From the NCBI RefSeq assembly GCF_006345805.1, contig NC_042997.1, positions 199,330,001-199,394,000 of the forward strand: 64,000 nt of DNA. Direction: 5' to 3'. Below, one piece after another: positions 25,830-38,707 of the stretch; within the stretch, counting starts at the first letter, position 1; the number at the start of each line of letters is the position of its first letter. Under the pieces are notes generated by a model that saw nothing but the letters and a program-made list of their open reading frames with translations, searched no databases and had not been told where the DNA came from. The DNA is from Octopus sinensis (Eukaryota). Made by a program: the position numbers and the translations under genes.

Positions 25830-26410
25830 GAAGTGAGCTGGCAGAAACGTTAGCACGCTGGGTGAAATGCTTAGCAGTATTTCGTTTCTCTTTACATTCT
25901 GAGTTCAAATTCCATCGAGGTCAATTTTGCCTTTCATCCTTTCAGGGTCGGTAAATTAAGTACCAGTTGCATACTGGAGTCGATCTAATTGACTGGCCCC
26001 ATCTCTCCAAAATTTCAGGTCTTGTGCCTAGCTACAGAAGGAAAGAATGTATCTAAAATTCAAGACAGAAAGCTGGCAGAAACAGGAGCACACTGGGTGA
26101 AATGCTTAGCAGTATTTCATCTGTTTTTATGTTCTGAGTTCAAATTCTGTCAAGGTCAACTTTGCCTTTCATTCTTTTGGGGTCGATAAATTAAGTACCA
26201 GTTTAATTTGAATTCAGAACCTAAAGAGAAACGAAATACTGCTAAGCATTTCACCCAGCATGCTAACGTTTCTGCCAGCTCACTTCTTTACTCTTCACTA
26301 AATAGTAAAACTAATTGACTGGCCCCATCTCTCCAAAATTTCAGGTCTTGTGCCTAATCGACTGCCCGTCCCCCCCAAAAATTTCGGGCCTTGTACCTAG
26401 AGTGGAAAAG
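25830..26410 (+). mobile_element. Compound family-B SINE insertion with internal inversion
   Basis: 20-bp direct repeat aatatttagtgaagagtaaa at 25810-25829 and 26411-26430; two B heads; 26205-26312 is an inverted copy of 25804-25911. Confidence 0.8.
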
Positions 26411-27059
26411 AATATTTAGTGAAGAGTAAAATGAATCCTGTATTCTTGTTTGTGTTAAGATGCATGCATTGGTGGGACAAACAACATCAATTCAATGTTA
26501 AACAGCAAGTTTTTATAACAGTGTTCATATAAAAGTGGATGTGAATAAATAAAAGTTGTACAAACGTGACAACATCTTATGTGATTGACGCTGAAACAGA
26601 AGAGAGTAAGAAATGCACCTGCTACATAATGTGGTAGCAGTAATTACCAAAGGTGAAGTGAGCTAGCAGTCCTCGCTGGCTGTGTCAGTTGACAAGTCAA
26701 ACTACCCATGAGTGAGAGTGGCGAAAAAAGAGAAAGGTTGTTGTCCCTCTAGAATTTTAAACCTCCCTAGTGGAAGTGCCATTGCAGTGCAACCTCCCAA
26801 TGACAGAATGAGGGAGTATAACTCTGCCCTATTCCTTTTAGCCCTTATGGCCCCAATATATATATTAACACATCATCAAATGGTTAGTCGCTCTTACTTT
26901 GCTTAAAATATACAAAGAAATAATTTCCTTTATGTGCTAAAGTCCTGACATAAAATATTAGCTTTTGTAATACCCCACATTCGTTGGTATCGTCTTGACA
27001 ACCCCAGAATGTTGCATACGTCTATAGTTAAACCATCTCTTCCTTATTTTCAAAATTTA

Positions 27060-27410
27060 TTCATGTGGTTGTGTGGTAAGAAATATACATCCAGACCTCA
27101 CGTTTTCATGTTCAGTCCCATTGTGTGACATATTGAGCACCTTGTACAATAGCCCCAGGTCAACCAAAGTCTTGCAAGTGGATTCAGTGGATAGAAACTG
27201 AAAGAAGCCCATTGTGTGTTTCTTCCCCACCAATGCTTGACAACTAACATCAGTTTGTCAGCATCCCATTAACTTAGTAGTTTGGCAAATAAGACTGACA
27301 ATAAATATGAGGCTTAAAAAATAAGTAATGGGGTCAATTCATTTGATCAAAAGCCCTTCAAGGAAATGCCCCAGTATGGCCACAGTCCAATGACTAAAAG
27401 AAAAAAGAAA
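27060..27410 (+). mobile_element. SINE family A (diverged)
   Basis: Head, gaaactgaaagaagccc and tail recognisable. Confidence 0.7.
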
Positions 27411-28167
27411 CTCCTTTGTAAGTCACTGATTGAAATCTAATAAGATAATTAATTTTTTGATATATTTTCATAATTAATATCATCGTTAGAGGTAAAAAAA
27501 AAATGTTTAATATTCACAGCTACATTTTCTAACGATAAAATTAATAATCTGAAATATAATAATCTTATTAACTGCCACTTATCTCAGACATTTAGATGCT
27601 TCTAATCTACTTCCAGAAATTATTATCAACTTTATTCAGAACCATCCAGTAATAGTCATGGGAAATTATCCAAAGGCATTTTGGTCTGAAGATATAGAAG
27701 GCACTGACATTAGCTATCAGAAAAGTTCAGACTTCAAAAGGAAGCTTAAAACAGTCTTTCTTCTTGGATCTGAGAAATATTTTTTATAGCTAAATAAATA
27801 TTCTTAATATCTTGTACAGCATTATAAGCAAACTGCTTCCTATATTGAGCATTTACCAAAGCCTTATGGAATGAATTGGTCAAAACATTTTGTGTGGGAG
27901 TAATGAGGAAAATAATTCACAATTGTAACTTCAGTCCTAACATCTAAAAGAGTTCAAATACAAGGATGGCTAAATAGGCATTTCAACTTTGTAAACATTT
28001 CGTATAGAGACAGGTGTGGTTGTGTGGTTAAGAAGTTTGCTTCTCAACCACATGGTTTAGTCACATTGGATGGCACCTTGGGCAAACTGTCTTCTACTAT
28101 AGCCATGGGCCAACCAAAACCTTGTGAGTGGATTTGGTAGATAGAAATTAAAAGATGCTCATCATGT

Positions 28168-28487
28168 ATCATCATCATTGTCGAACGTCTGTTTTCCATT
28201 CTGGTATAGGCGGAAAGGTTTGATTGAGGTCTGGAGAGCCAGGCAGCTGCACCAGGCTCCAATCTAATCTGGCAATGTTTCTAAGGCTAGATGCCCTTCC
28301 TCATGCCAACCACTCCAAGAGTGTAGTGGGTGTATTTTACATGCTACTAGCACAGAAGCCAGTCAGGCGGGTCTGGCATCAATCACGTTTGGATGGTGCT
28401 TTTTATGTACCACCGGCACAGGAGCTAGTCAGGGGGGTAAGGCATCAGCGACATTCAGATGGTGCTTTTTATGTGCTACAAGCATGG
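28168..28487 (-). mobile_element. RTE-LINE 3' UTR copy
   Basis: (CAT)n followed by reverse UTR modules. Confidence 0.75.
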
Positions 28488-29192
28488 GATATATATATAT
28501 ACATATATCTTACTTATTAAAACTGAAAATATCTGTGTGTGTGTGTGTATATATATCGGTATGCCCTCATTTTGCGCCAAGAGGTTCAGCAAATGACACT
28601 AATAGAATAAGTACCAGGCTTTAAAAAACAAAAGCATTGGGTTCAATCCATTTGATTCAGTTTCTTCAAAGTGGTGAGTGTAACAAGTAAAAGATAATAA
28701 ATACATTTCTTTCACACCTTCATCATCATCATCATCCCTATTAATATTATTGTCATTACTCACGATGACGATGATGATTTCCTTTTAACAACACTTGAAA
28801 TTCATTATTTGAAGTCAAATTGCGAAGAACCGATCACCAGAGAAAGATTGCAATTTCTGTTCTTCTACGAGTAATCATTATTTCCAAGCAGCTGAGATAA
28901 CAATTTCTTTCAAAAATAACAACCATATTTACAAAAATATTAAGATCATATAAGAAAAAAAAAAAAAAGGAGCCAAATAGAAGATTATAAGATTTTTATG
29001 CACATCATAATTCTTTAATATCATTCTGTTTGTCATATTGTTTGTGTTTGAGTATCACAGACCAAACAGCTTTGACTACAGAATGTAAATAAAGGCAGAA
29101 TCAAAATCTTCAACATAAGTACAGACATAGCTGTGTGGTTAAGAAGCTTACAAGGAAACCATGCACTTTGCATGGTACTTTGTGGAAAGCTG

Positions 29193-29233
<41 letters not shown>

Positions 29234-29426
29234 CTTGACCGCTATATCCATGAGTTTTATTATTCTCTAATTTTTTTAAAATTTCCTCTTATTCCTTTCT
29301 GTTGAAGAGTGTATGCTCAAAATGTAAAAGACTTCCTCACTTTCCTGAGTGTTAAACTAATATATCCGCTTGTTGTTCATACATGTGTCTTATTCTTTTT
29401 GTTTTTCTGTAAATTCCAATTATATA

Positions 29427-29778
29427 GGTGCAGGAGTGCTTACCAACCACATGGTTCTGGGTTCAGTCCCACTGCATGGCACCTTCGGCAAGTGTCTTCT
29501 ACTATAGCCTCGGGCCGACCAAAGCCTTGAGTGGATTCGGTAGATGGAAACTGAAAGAAGCCCGTCATATATATGTATATGTGTGTCTGTGTTTGTCCCC
29601 CACAACATCGCTTGACAACCAATGGTGGTGTGTTTACATCCCCGTAACTTAGTGTTTCAACACAAGAGACCAATAGTATGAGTACTAGGCTTACAAAGAA
29701 TAAGTCCTGGGGTCGATTTCCTCAACTAAAGGCGGTGCTCCAGCATGGCCCGCAGTCAAATGACTGAAACATGTAAAA
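29427..29778 (+). mobile_element. SINE family A
   Basis: Near-complete copy. Confidence 0.85.
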
Positions 29779-30055
29779 GTGTATATATATGTATTTGTCA
29801 CTACCACCACTTTTCAATCAATGTTGGCTGGTTTACTTTCCTGTAACCAAGCAGTTCAGTAAATGAGACTGATAGAATAACTACTAGATTTTAAAAATAA
29901 GAACTGGAGCCAATAGGTTTAGCTAAGCCGAGCCAACGAGGCTGCAGACAAATGAATGAAACAAGTAAAAGATAAAGGAACAAGTTTGAGTGTTTGCTTC
30001 AAACCATGTGCAATATGGAATGAAATTCAGAACATAATTGAAATCTGTGACATAC

Positions 30056-30265
30056 TCTCTTTTACTTGTTTCAGTCATTTGACTGTGGCCATGCTGGAGC
30101 ACCGCGTTTAGTCGAGCAAATCGACCCCAGGACTTATTCTTTAAAAGCCTAATACTTATTCTATCGGTCTCTTTTGCTGAACCACTAAGTTACGGGGACG
30201 TAAACACACCAGCATCGGTTGTCAAGCAAAGTTGGGGGGGGGGACAAACACTGGCACATAAATAT

Positions 30266-30296
<31 letters not shown>

Positions 30297-30466
30297 CATA
30301 GATGTGACAGGCTTCTTTCAGTTTCCATCTACTAAATCCACTCACAAGGCTTGGGTCGGCCCAAGACTATAGTAGAAGACACTTGCCCAAGGTGTCACAC
30401 AGTGGGACTGAACCTAGAACCATGTGGTTCAAAAGCAAGTTACTTACCACACATCCACTCCTATGC
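30056..30466 (-). mobile_element. SINE family A
   Basis: Near-complete copy. Confidence 0.85.
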
Positions 30467-30578
30467 CTCCGACATGATGAAACAATGTTACAAACTTATA
30501 TAAATTCATCTTTCAAAAAAGAAATAAGAAAATTTATAAACTAAGGAATTTCCACAGGTCCTGTTTCTATATATATAG

Positions 30579-30700
30579 GTTGAAAGAATTTCTCTTAAAG
30601 TCATCAGAGCAGAATCTCAAAATACAACAAACAATGCTGAGAGATTTAAAAAAACTTCATATTGAAATAGCTTACAAGAAACAATTCTTCACTGAAGGAA
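30579..30700 (+). CDS. Candidate exon (LKEFLLKSSEQNLKIQQTMLRDLKKLHIEIAYKKQFFTE), coiled-coil-like
   Basis: Acceptor tttctatatatatag, open frame; no convincing GT donor found, so the 3' end is uncertain. Confidence 0.3.
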
Positions 30701-31364
30701 ACAACACATATCTGTGTTTTCTAGAGCTGTTGTTCATGCCGTTTAGGTCCGGGTCAATCGTGATAGAGCAGGTTTATAGCATTCCAACCAAGATCATTCT
30801 TTTATTTATTTATTTTATTTTTAACATAGAGTATTGAAAATTATTTTATCCAAAGTATCCTTTCTCTAATAAGGTAGGGTGAGATTTGAAGAAGATTCGG
30901 TTACTATTTCTAGCAGGTCTAGCAAACATTTAGCAGCACTCTTATTGGCTGGAGCACTGTATAATATAAGTAGCAGTATCACTCGGCATTGCTCAGGTTT
31001 GTTTCAACCCTTTAGAACTGGAATTTTAAAAAGTAAAAATTTTGCATTATGTAGCTTGTTATTCTCTTTAATTGAACATTTTTCTGGTTGAAATAGACCG
31101 AAACTTGGCAACACAGCAGTCAAAAAATCGTAGAAAATAAGGATTTTCATAGAAAATAGCACCTTTTTGATGTAAATAATTTTTGGTGTTAACATGGTCT
31201 GATTTTAATTTTTTCTTCAGTGGAATGAAGAGCAAGCCTTCTTCTATTATACTCTCAATTTTGGTCAACTTGCACCGCAGGGTCTCGGAGGAGATAGTGT
31301 TAGATGAAGGCTACCAAACCTGCCATACACAGACAACTTTAGTTTTATATAGATATATATAATG

Positions 31365-31600
31365 AAATTATTGTATACAGTGCTCAGGTGCACCACAACT
31401 TGTCAAAAGTACGTATAAAGTATATGCAGTAATGTAGAAATATCTGGAAAGGGAACAGTGTATGAATCAGATACATGCTTGCGTGTGTATGGAGGGGAGA
31501 AAATCAGGTGTAGTGTTGGCGAATCTCAGGAAGTATGGAAGTTTTGAAGGATGCAGTGTTCTGACAACTAAGAACTGATGCTGGCAGTTTGTTCCGTATA
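31365..31600 (-). mobile_element. CR1-like LINE 3' end
   Basis: Copy of 7260-7512. Confidence 0.8.
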
Positions 31601-32430
31601 AAAAAACTAGAAGTGAATAGGTTAGAAATTATGTTTTTATTTAAAACTTCATGTTTTCATGAATAAGAAAGCGAAAACAAATTGGAGTTCCAGAACAAGA
31701 GAGCAATTGATCTAAGGATTTACAGTATGATGTAACGTGGATAATATCTTCATCAGAAAATATTTGTCTAATACAAGCAAGATCATATGTAGTTATCCAT
31801 GCTGGCAAGGATTAAGCAAATCTGTCTTACCTGTCATGATCTTTTGTCATATTTTAGTGATTTTTATAGATCATAAAACAGCATTGCTCCTAATTTAAAC
31901 TGAGTTACATAATTATTTGTTGCATTACAGAAAATTAGAATCATTTGATCAGTTGAAAAAATATGCCTGAAATGCTAGAATCTGAAAGAAGATGCTCTGA
32001 AAATTAAAATTTCTATAACTCCAATATGAAGAGAATATGGAATGCTATTTATATAACTTCTAGGAACAGATGCTGGCTAAATGGAATACATTATCATTAA
32101 CATGCAGCTTCATGTCTCAAGACTATGTTTACTAATAATGACCTTACATTTTTTGCAAGAAATATTATTATCCAGACACCAGATAGAAAATCATATCAAA
32201 ATAATATAAGTTACAGAATAATCTTTAGTTTGTAATTGATATTATATGACATCTGCTTTGCTAAATAAATAATGATATAAATGAAAATTTGGTGCCATAA
32301 TAAATTATGTAGCTTAGACAATTATGAGAAGAAATTGCATCTGATACCTCTTGCATCTAATTGAGCCATTTTTACTACTTTGCATCTAATAAAGTCAGTT
32401 ATTCTATCATTAATTGGTTGACATACTCTT

Positions 32431-32823
32431 ACTCTTTTACGTGTTTCAGTCATTTGACTGTGGCCATGCTGGAGCACCGCCTTTAGTCGAGCACATCGAC
32501 CCCAGGACTTATTCTTTGTAAGCCCAGTACTTATTCTATCGGTCTCTTTTGCTGAACCACTAAGTAACGGGGATGTAAACACACTACCATCGGTTGTCAA
32601 GCTGTGTTGGGGGGACAAACACAAACACACACATACATATATATATATATATTTATATATATATACGACGGGCTTCTTTCAGTTTCCATCTACCAAATCC
32701 ACTAACAAGGCTTTGGTCGGCCCGAGGCTATAGTAGAAGACACTTGCCCAATGTGCCATGCAGTGGAAATGAACCCGGAACCATGAGGTGGCTAAGCAAG
32801 CTACTTACCACACAGCCATTCCT
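32431..32823 (-). mobile_element. SINE family A
   Basis: Near-complete copy. Confidence 0.85.
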
Positions 32824-32911
32824 ACCACATAATTATATAAAAATAATTAACTAAGGGATCATGAAGTGGAGAGGTTGTTTTGGTTTTGAACAAGAGTATT
32901 CTTTTCAGTAG

Positions 32912-33150
32912 ATCAGTGTTTCTCAACCCTTTTTCCTAAGGACCTCTTTGATCCTTGTTTTACTTGGATGGACCCTCATAGCCGTTTGACATGTATAACA
33001 TCATATATTTTTACAATTATATGAGGAAGTGTATTAAAAAATTGTTAAAATATGTTGTGTATTATAGAAACATAACAAATTTATTGCACCTAAATTTTAA
33101 CAAGAGATTCTTTATGGATTCTCAAGAGTAATAAGGAACCTGGTTGATAA
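32912..33150. mobile_element. hAT-like MITE remnant
   Basis: Starts cagtgtttctcaacc, ends ggttgataatagc (decayed inverse). Confidence 0.5.
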
Positions 33151-33611
33151 TAGCAACTCCCTACTATTATTGTAAATAAAACAGCTCTCCACCTCAATTG
33201 TGGATCATTGGTGTGATGAACTTAATTATTGGAGGTGGAAGCAAAAACTGGACTAGTTCAGTAAGGTTTTAGGGAATTCAACAAAATCAACATTCAAATT
33301 GTATTTATTGGTAAATTTGCCTTGGCTTTTAAACTTTGATAAATTTTCTTTAAGCAACCCCAAAATTATAGAATTCACTAACAAAATTGTAAGAAAAATA
33401 CATCATATTACAATGTAATCAAGTTTTATTACATATCTTCTAAAATACAGGTAGTCAAGGCCAAACATTTGAATATTTTCAAGAAAGGAAAAGCAAGTCA
33501 TATCCATACTTGTTATCTCCAAATAAAATAAAATTTATCATTTATATTTCCTTTTCCATATTTGGTTTTTGGATTTGGTTTGCAAGATTCCTTATATGAG
33601 TTTGTGTGTTG

Positions 33612-33826
33612 AAGCATATTCTGTTGTGTCTGGGGAGAGTCATTTTCTTTTTGTGCCTTATTATGTAACACACTCACCGGTAAAATTTCCACTTATTTTT
33701 ATTTTCCTGCAACGAAAATTTTAGGAAAATAAAAATAAGAAATAAGTGGAAATTTTACTGGTGAGTGTGTTAAATTATAAGTCACAAAAAGAAAATGACT
33801 CTCCCCAGACACAACAGAATATGCTT
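33612..33826. repeat. Long palindrome (~95-bp arms)
   Basis: aagcatattctgttgtgtctggggagagtc... versus its reverse complement; few mismatches, one short indel, ~14-nt loop; single arm also at ~53466-53570. Confidence 0.9.
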
Positions 33827-34237
33827 TTTCATTTTCATCAAAATTATTTTATAATAGTTTCTTATGAGAATTTAGTTAAAAATTCTTTGGAAACTTGACT
33901 AATAAAGTATACATAAATTTAAAGTAAGATATAAATTAATAAATACAATGAACAAATTATCCAATTCTAATGCAGCTATTACATAGGTAAGCAATGAATA
34001 TATTTTGTTTAGAATATTTAAAAGTGAAGTTTGAGGAAACTTTGGTCTGATCACGGAAAGAATTACACAATGTTGTTATTATTTTGTGTCTCTGAACAAC
34101 CACAGAGACAGACATCTGAAATTACTGTTTGTAAACTGGATGGACATTTTAATTTGTAATGAACATTCTGCAAATGCTTATGGAAATTGGAATAAAATAA
34201 AAAAGAGAAAACATCGCCAGTGATAAATGAACATATT

Positions 34238-34399
34238 AGGTGCAGGAGTGGCTGTGTGGTAAGTTAGCTTGCTTACCAGCCACATGGTTCTGGGTTCAGT
34301 CCCACTGCATGACACCTTGGGCAAGTGTCTTCTACTATAGCCTCGGGCTGACCAAAGCCTTGTGAGTGGATTTGGTAGACGGAAACTGAAAGAAGCCAG

Positions 34400-34455
<56 letters not shown>

Positions 34456-34630
34456 TTGTGTTTGCCCCCCCCCCCAACATCACTTGACAACTTAGCGGTT
34501 CAGCAAAAGAGACCGATAGAATAAGTACTAGGCTTACAAAGAATAAGTCCTGGGGTCGATTTGCTCGACTAAAGGTGGTGCTCCAGCATGGCCACAGTCA
34601 AATGGCTGTAACAAGTAAAAGAGTAAAGAG
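34238..34630 (+). mobile_element. SINE family A
   Basis: Near-complete copy with internal (TA)n. Confidence 0.85.
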
Positions 34631-35111
34631 AATATTATTGTTGAGCTGCAAGATGATATTGGCAGTCAGGTAACTGAACTACCTTGGAAATTCTGAATGG
34701 ATTTGAATAACCCAAAGCTAAAAATGTGTAATCTCAAACTAAAGCAGTTTGGTGATCAACCAACTCCTCAGAATTTGGAGAAAGTATGAAGCATAAAAGA
34801 AACTGGTTGGAGAATAATGGCTGTGTGTTTGTGTGTTGCAGAATGTAAAAGAAATAAAATCAAGTTTTACTCGACATGGATTTGATGAATCCTGTTCATG
34901 CATCATTAATTCATGAGATTGAGATTCTTGGATAATTTTGGGAGATTATGAAGTTTTAAAGCTAACAATCTCTTCAAAGGATGACTACATCTTCCATGTG
35001 GGATTAAAGCAGGCATTGCTGTGTTTCAACGAAACTGAACATGTTGGGAATGACATTAATAATGTTATCATTCATCAAGAAATGCTGTTCTAGAAACGTG
35101 AATATTTGATA

Positions 35112-35545
35112 ATCATCCTCATCATCGTTTAACGTCCGTTTTCCATGCTAGCATGGGTTGGACGGTTCGACCAGGGTCTGGGAAGCCAGGAGACTACACC
35201 AGGCTCCAGTCTGATCTGGCAGTGTTTCTACAGCTGGATGCCATGCCTAACGCCAACCACTCCAAGAGTGTAGTTAGTGGGTGCCTTTTGCGTGCCACGG
35301 GCACAGGGGCCAGAGGAGGCTGGCAGCGTTCACGATTGGTTGATGCTTTTTACGTGCCACCGGCATGGATGCCAGTCAAGGCGGTGCTGGCATCAGCCAT
35401 GTTTGGATGGTGTTTTTTACGTGCCACTGGCACGGGTATCACAGCTACAATTTCCATTTTATTTTTATTTTTATGTTGATGTACTTGACTCAATAGGTCT
35501 CCTCAAGCACAGCAGGTCACCCTATGACAGCACAGCAGGCCGTCC
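35112..35545 (-). mobile_element. RTE-LINE 3' UTR copy (long)
   Basis: Includes the gtacttgactcaataggtctcctcaagcacagc segment also at ~2125-2170. Confidence 0.85.
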
Positions 35546-35662
35546 TGTGCCTGATAATGTCTGTGAATTTTATGATATAATCATTTATGTACACATAGAA
35601 TCAAATAGAATTACTGAAAGATTACTTAAAAAAACATGCCCTCTGTAGTAAGGTTTTTATTC

Positions 35663-35978
35663 ACGGCACCTTCTACTATATCCTTGGGCCAACCAAAGCC
35701 TTGTGAGTGGATTTGGTAGACGGAAACTGAAAGAAGCCTGTCATATATGTGTGTGTGTGTGTGTGTGTGTGTTTGTCTGTCTGTCTGTGTTTGTACCCCC
35801 AACATCGCTTGACAACTGATGCTGGTGTGTTTACGTTCCTGTAGCATAGCGGTTCAGCAAAAGAGACCGATAGAATAAGTACAAGGCTTACAAAGAATAA
35901 GTCCTGTGGTCGATTTTCTCAACTAAAGGCGGTGCTCCAGCATGAACACAGTCAAATGACTGAAACAAGTAAAAGAGA
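35663..35978 (+). mobile_element. SINE family A (5'-truncated)
   Basis: Body and tail match family A. Confidence 0.8.
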
Positions 35979-37394
35979 ATATTTAATGTGTAATGAGGGT
36001 TTTATTTACATCCCTGTGCATAGTATATCTTTTATGTGTGTCTATAATTGTTTATGTTGTGTGTATGTACTGCAATATCTGTGTTGGTAATAGTAAGGTT
36101 ATTGAATTCTACTGAAAACCTGGGTTCTGTTGCTTGGTGCCACTCAACTGGTGAGGCATCTTAATGTTTGTAAAAGTGTTTTTGCTGCCTTCATTGATGG
36201 TGGGTCGTGACGATAGTTGGCAGATGGTCTGAGAAGTAGTGCAAGGTTATTTTGCAAATGGTCCAGGCAACAAGCTGTGGGAAGCAGATGGTGATGTCTG
36301 GAGCAGAGATGTTGTTGACTTGTTGAGATAATTATGTGTTTGTGTGTTCGTTGTTTAGCATACAAAAGGTGTTGTGTAATACTGTTTTGTTACCTTTTGT
36401 GCTTTATCTGTACTTTGTAAAAATCAAGTCATAATAAGTACCAAATTGTACAACCTGGTAAGATAATTGTTGGCAATTATAAGTTAATTAATATGTTTCT
36501 TAAGATTTATGTAATATTTACATTTTAAAATATGCAAAAAAAAAAACGTCTGTATTTCCTAAGTTAATTAAAAACCAAATTTTAGCATTGTTATAAAACC
36601 TTTGTTTTGTAAAAATAACAAAATTCAATTAGAATGAGTTCTTTACAAGAGTCTAGTCTGATAATAAATACAAGATCAGAGATCAAACTTTAGAATGTGA
36701 AAATATAATTAAATCTAAGTAAGTATTATGAAAATTGTACCTTAAAAGTGAAGGTTACGTTTAGACATCAAAGAAACAAATTAAAATACAATGAAAGTAG
36801 TAATGATCTGCATAAAAGAATCAAACAAAAATCTGACACTATGATTCATCAATTAAAAAGAAATTTTTGTCATGTGTTGATATAAATTGTAATGTTTAAC
36901 ACAAGCCCCCACTCCTTCATGTGTTATTAAAACAATGTTGATATCTTAGTAATAAAGTAGGTTTTAAAAAAATATTTAATTGAATGGAGAGAAGCGGTGC
37001 CTTTCATGTGTGTCAGCCTTTCTACACTAGCAACCTCAATGCAGTTGATACTCAGCTTAAACATTTTACATCAATATTTGCAGGAAATGCATAAGCAGGG
37101 AGATAATTCCAGAAGTGTTGTAGTTACAGTGTTTGGGAGGAAATAGTCAATGAATGTTTAATGCTTGGCCTGGGAAGAAGATCATTGAGAGAGGGTTGCT
37201 GGTTGGAGAGAATATGCAGCTACTTCAGAAGAGCAGAGGCTGTGGTAGTAGCAATTAATTAGTGTTTGCAGTTTATTGCTGAGTAAATCATTGCCAATGT
37301 GTGTGTGTGTGTGTGGAACAGTAGAATCATCTCATATACTGCAGCACAGAGGAGACCCCTCTTTGGTCATGAATGACCATGGGACTGCACCTAG

Positions 37395-37750
37395 AAAGAT
37401 GGGTAAGGTTTCTACAGCTGGGTGCCCTTCCTAATGCTAACAACTCTCAGTGGGTGCTTTTACATGTCACCAGCACAGGAGCCAGTCAGGCGGTACTGGC
37501 AATGACCTCGCTTGAATCTTTTTACACATGCCATTGGCGCAGGTGCCAGTAAGGCGACGTTGGTAACGATCACGCTTGAATGGTGCCCTTTTACGTGCCA
37601 CGGTATGGAAGCCACTCAGGCAGTACTGGCAATGACCTCGCTCAAATCTTTTTACACATGCAAATCTTAATGGAAAACCTTTAGTAAGCCTTGTCCAGCC
37701 CATGACAACATGGAAAAGCAAACATGAAAATGTTATGACATTGATGATGA
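37395..37750. mobile_element. RTE 3' UTR (minus) joined to a plus-oriented RTE terminus
   Basis: Reverse UTR modules, then ccagcccatgacaacatggaaaag...gatgatga. Confidence 0.65.
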
Positions 37751-38548
37751 CATAGTACAAAACTGCTTTTGTTTTGCAAGACTAGTTAAATATAATAGTA
37801 ACCAAAAGCACTCTTTTAAACTTTAGTTTGAAGCAGGGAAGTAATTTAAAGACTTGCTTTCTAAAATTTTCCATTTTATTAGAAATTGCTTTTGACATGT
37901 AGTTATATAGACATTCCTGTGTATATGCACCTAAGGCCCAGATTCTTTCTTCATTTAGAATGGAAATTTAGTTTTTAACTTTAGATATTCTCTATGGTTC
38001 AGTCATGAGTAACAAATTTTAAAATTATAAACTGCTATTATATTACCAAATCGAACAAAAATAGATGGATAAAAAAAAAATTAATTTTTGCATTGTGGAT
38101 TTTAATTGGTTGAATTTTATTTTAATTTATTTATTTCACCCCTTTTTTTTGTTTTTTGAAATTTTAAGTTTTTCCGTTCTTTTCAGTCGTGTTATAAACC
38201 ATTAAACAGTAAAATATCTATTTAATTATTAGTGTTTCCTAATTCTGCTGCCAGCTAAATTATTATTTGCTTCTTCTTGTCTTCAGGTTTGCAAATCAAA
38301 TACTGGAATCATAATAATTACTACTACAAAAGTTTAGTTTTTCAAAAACTGTGCATTATTTTGTTTTTCTTTTAAAATCCTATCATAGTTTTGTTTAATG
38401 AATACATTGTGTGGTTGTTGGACCTGAATTAGCTTCCAGATAGTTCTTAGCAAATAAGAAGAATGTAATACCAAGTTAAATTTATATCTCTTTTCTATTT
38501 TGGCAACTTATACTACTTTTCGAATGCAGCTGTCTGCCTCAAATAGCT

Positions 38549-38631
38549 TCAGGTCTCAAGCAAGTTCATAAATATTTGAGTATTGGGATATGGCTTTATT
38601 AACTCTGAAACCTCTAAGCTTTCTTTTTCTC
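38549..38631 (-). CDS. Candidate terminal exon on minus (GEKESLEVSELIKPYPNTQIFMNLLET*)
   Basis: Long polypyrimidine (CT)n tract plus ttcag acceptor; short open frame to TGA. Confidence 0.2.
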
Positions 38632-38656
38632 CTGAATTATAAAGGAAAGAGGAGAA

Positions 38657-38707
<51 letters not shown>

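Noticed and set aside
27588-27610. FAM227-like assignment from RHLDA
   Set aside because: Only a five-residue match from memory; the family's FWW and downstream motifs were not found
29296-29330. Hammerhead-like ttgaagagtgtatgctcaaaatgt
   Set aside because: Too many core deviations to support
36657-36718. Exon SDNKYKIRDQTLECENIIKSK with gtaagt donor
   Set aside because: Weak acceptor in very A-rich sequence; not distinguishable from chance
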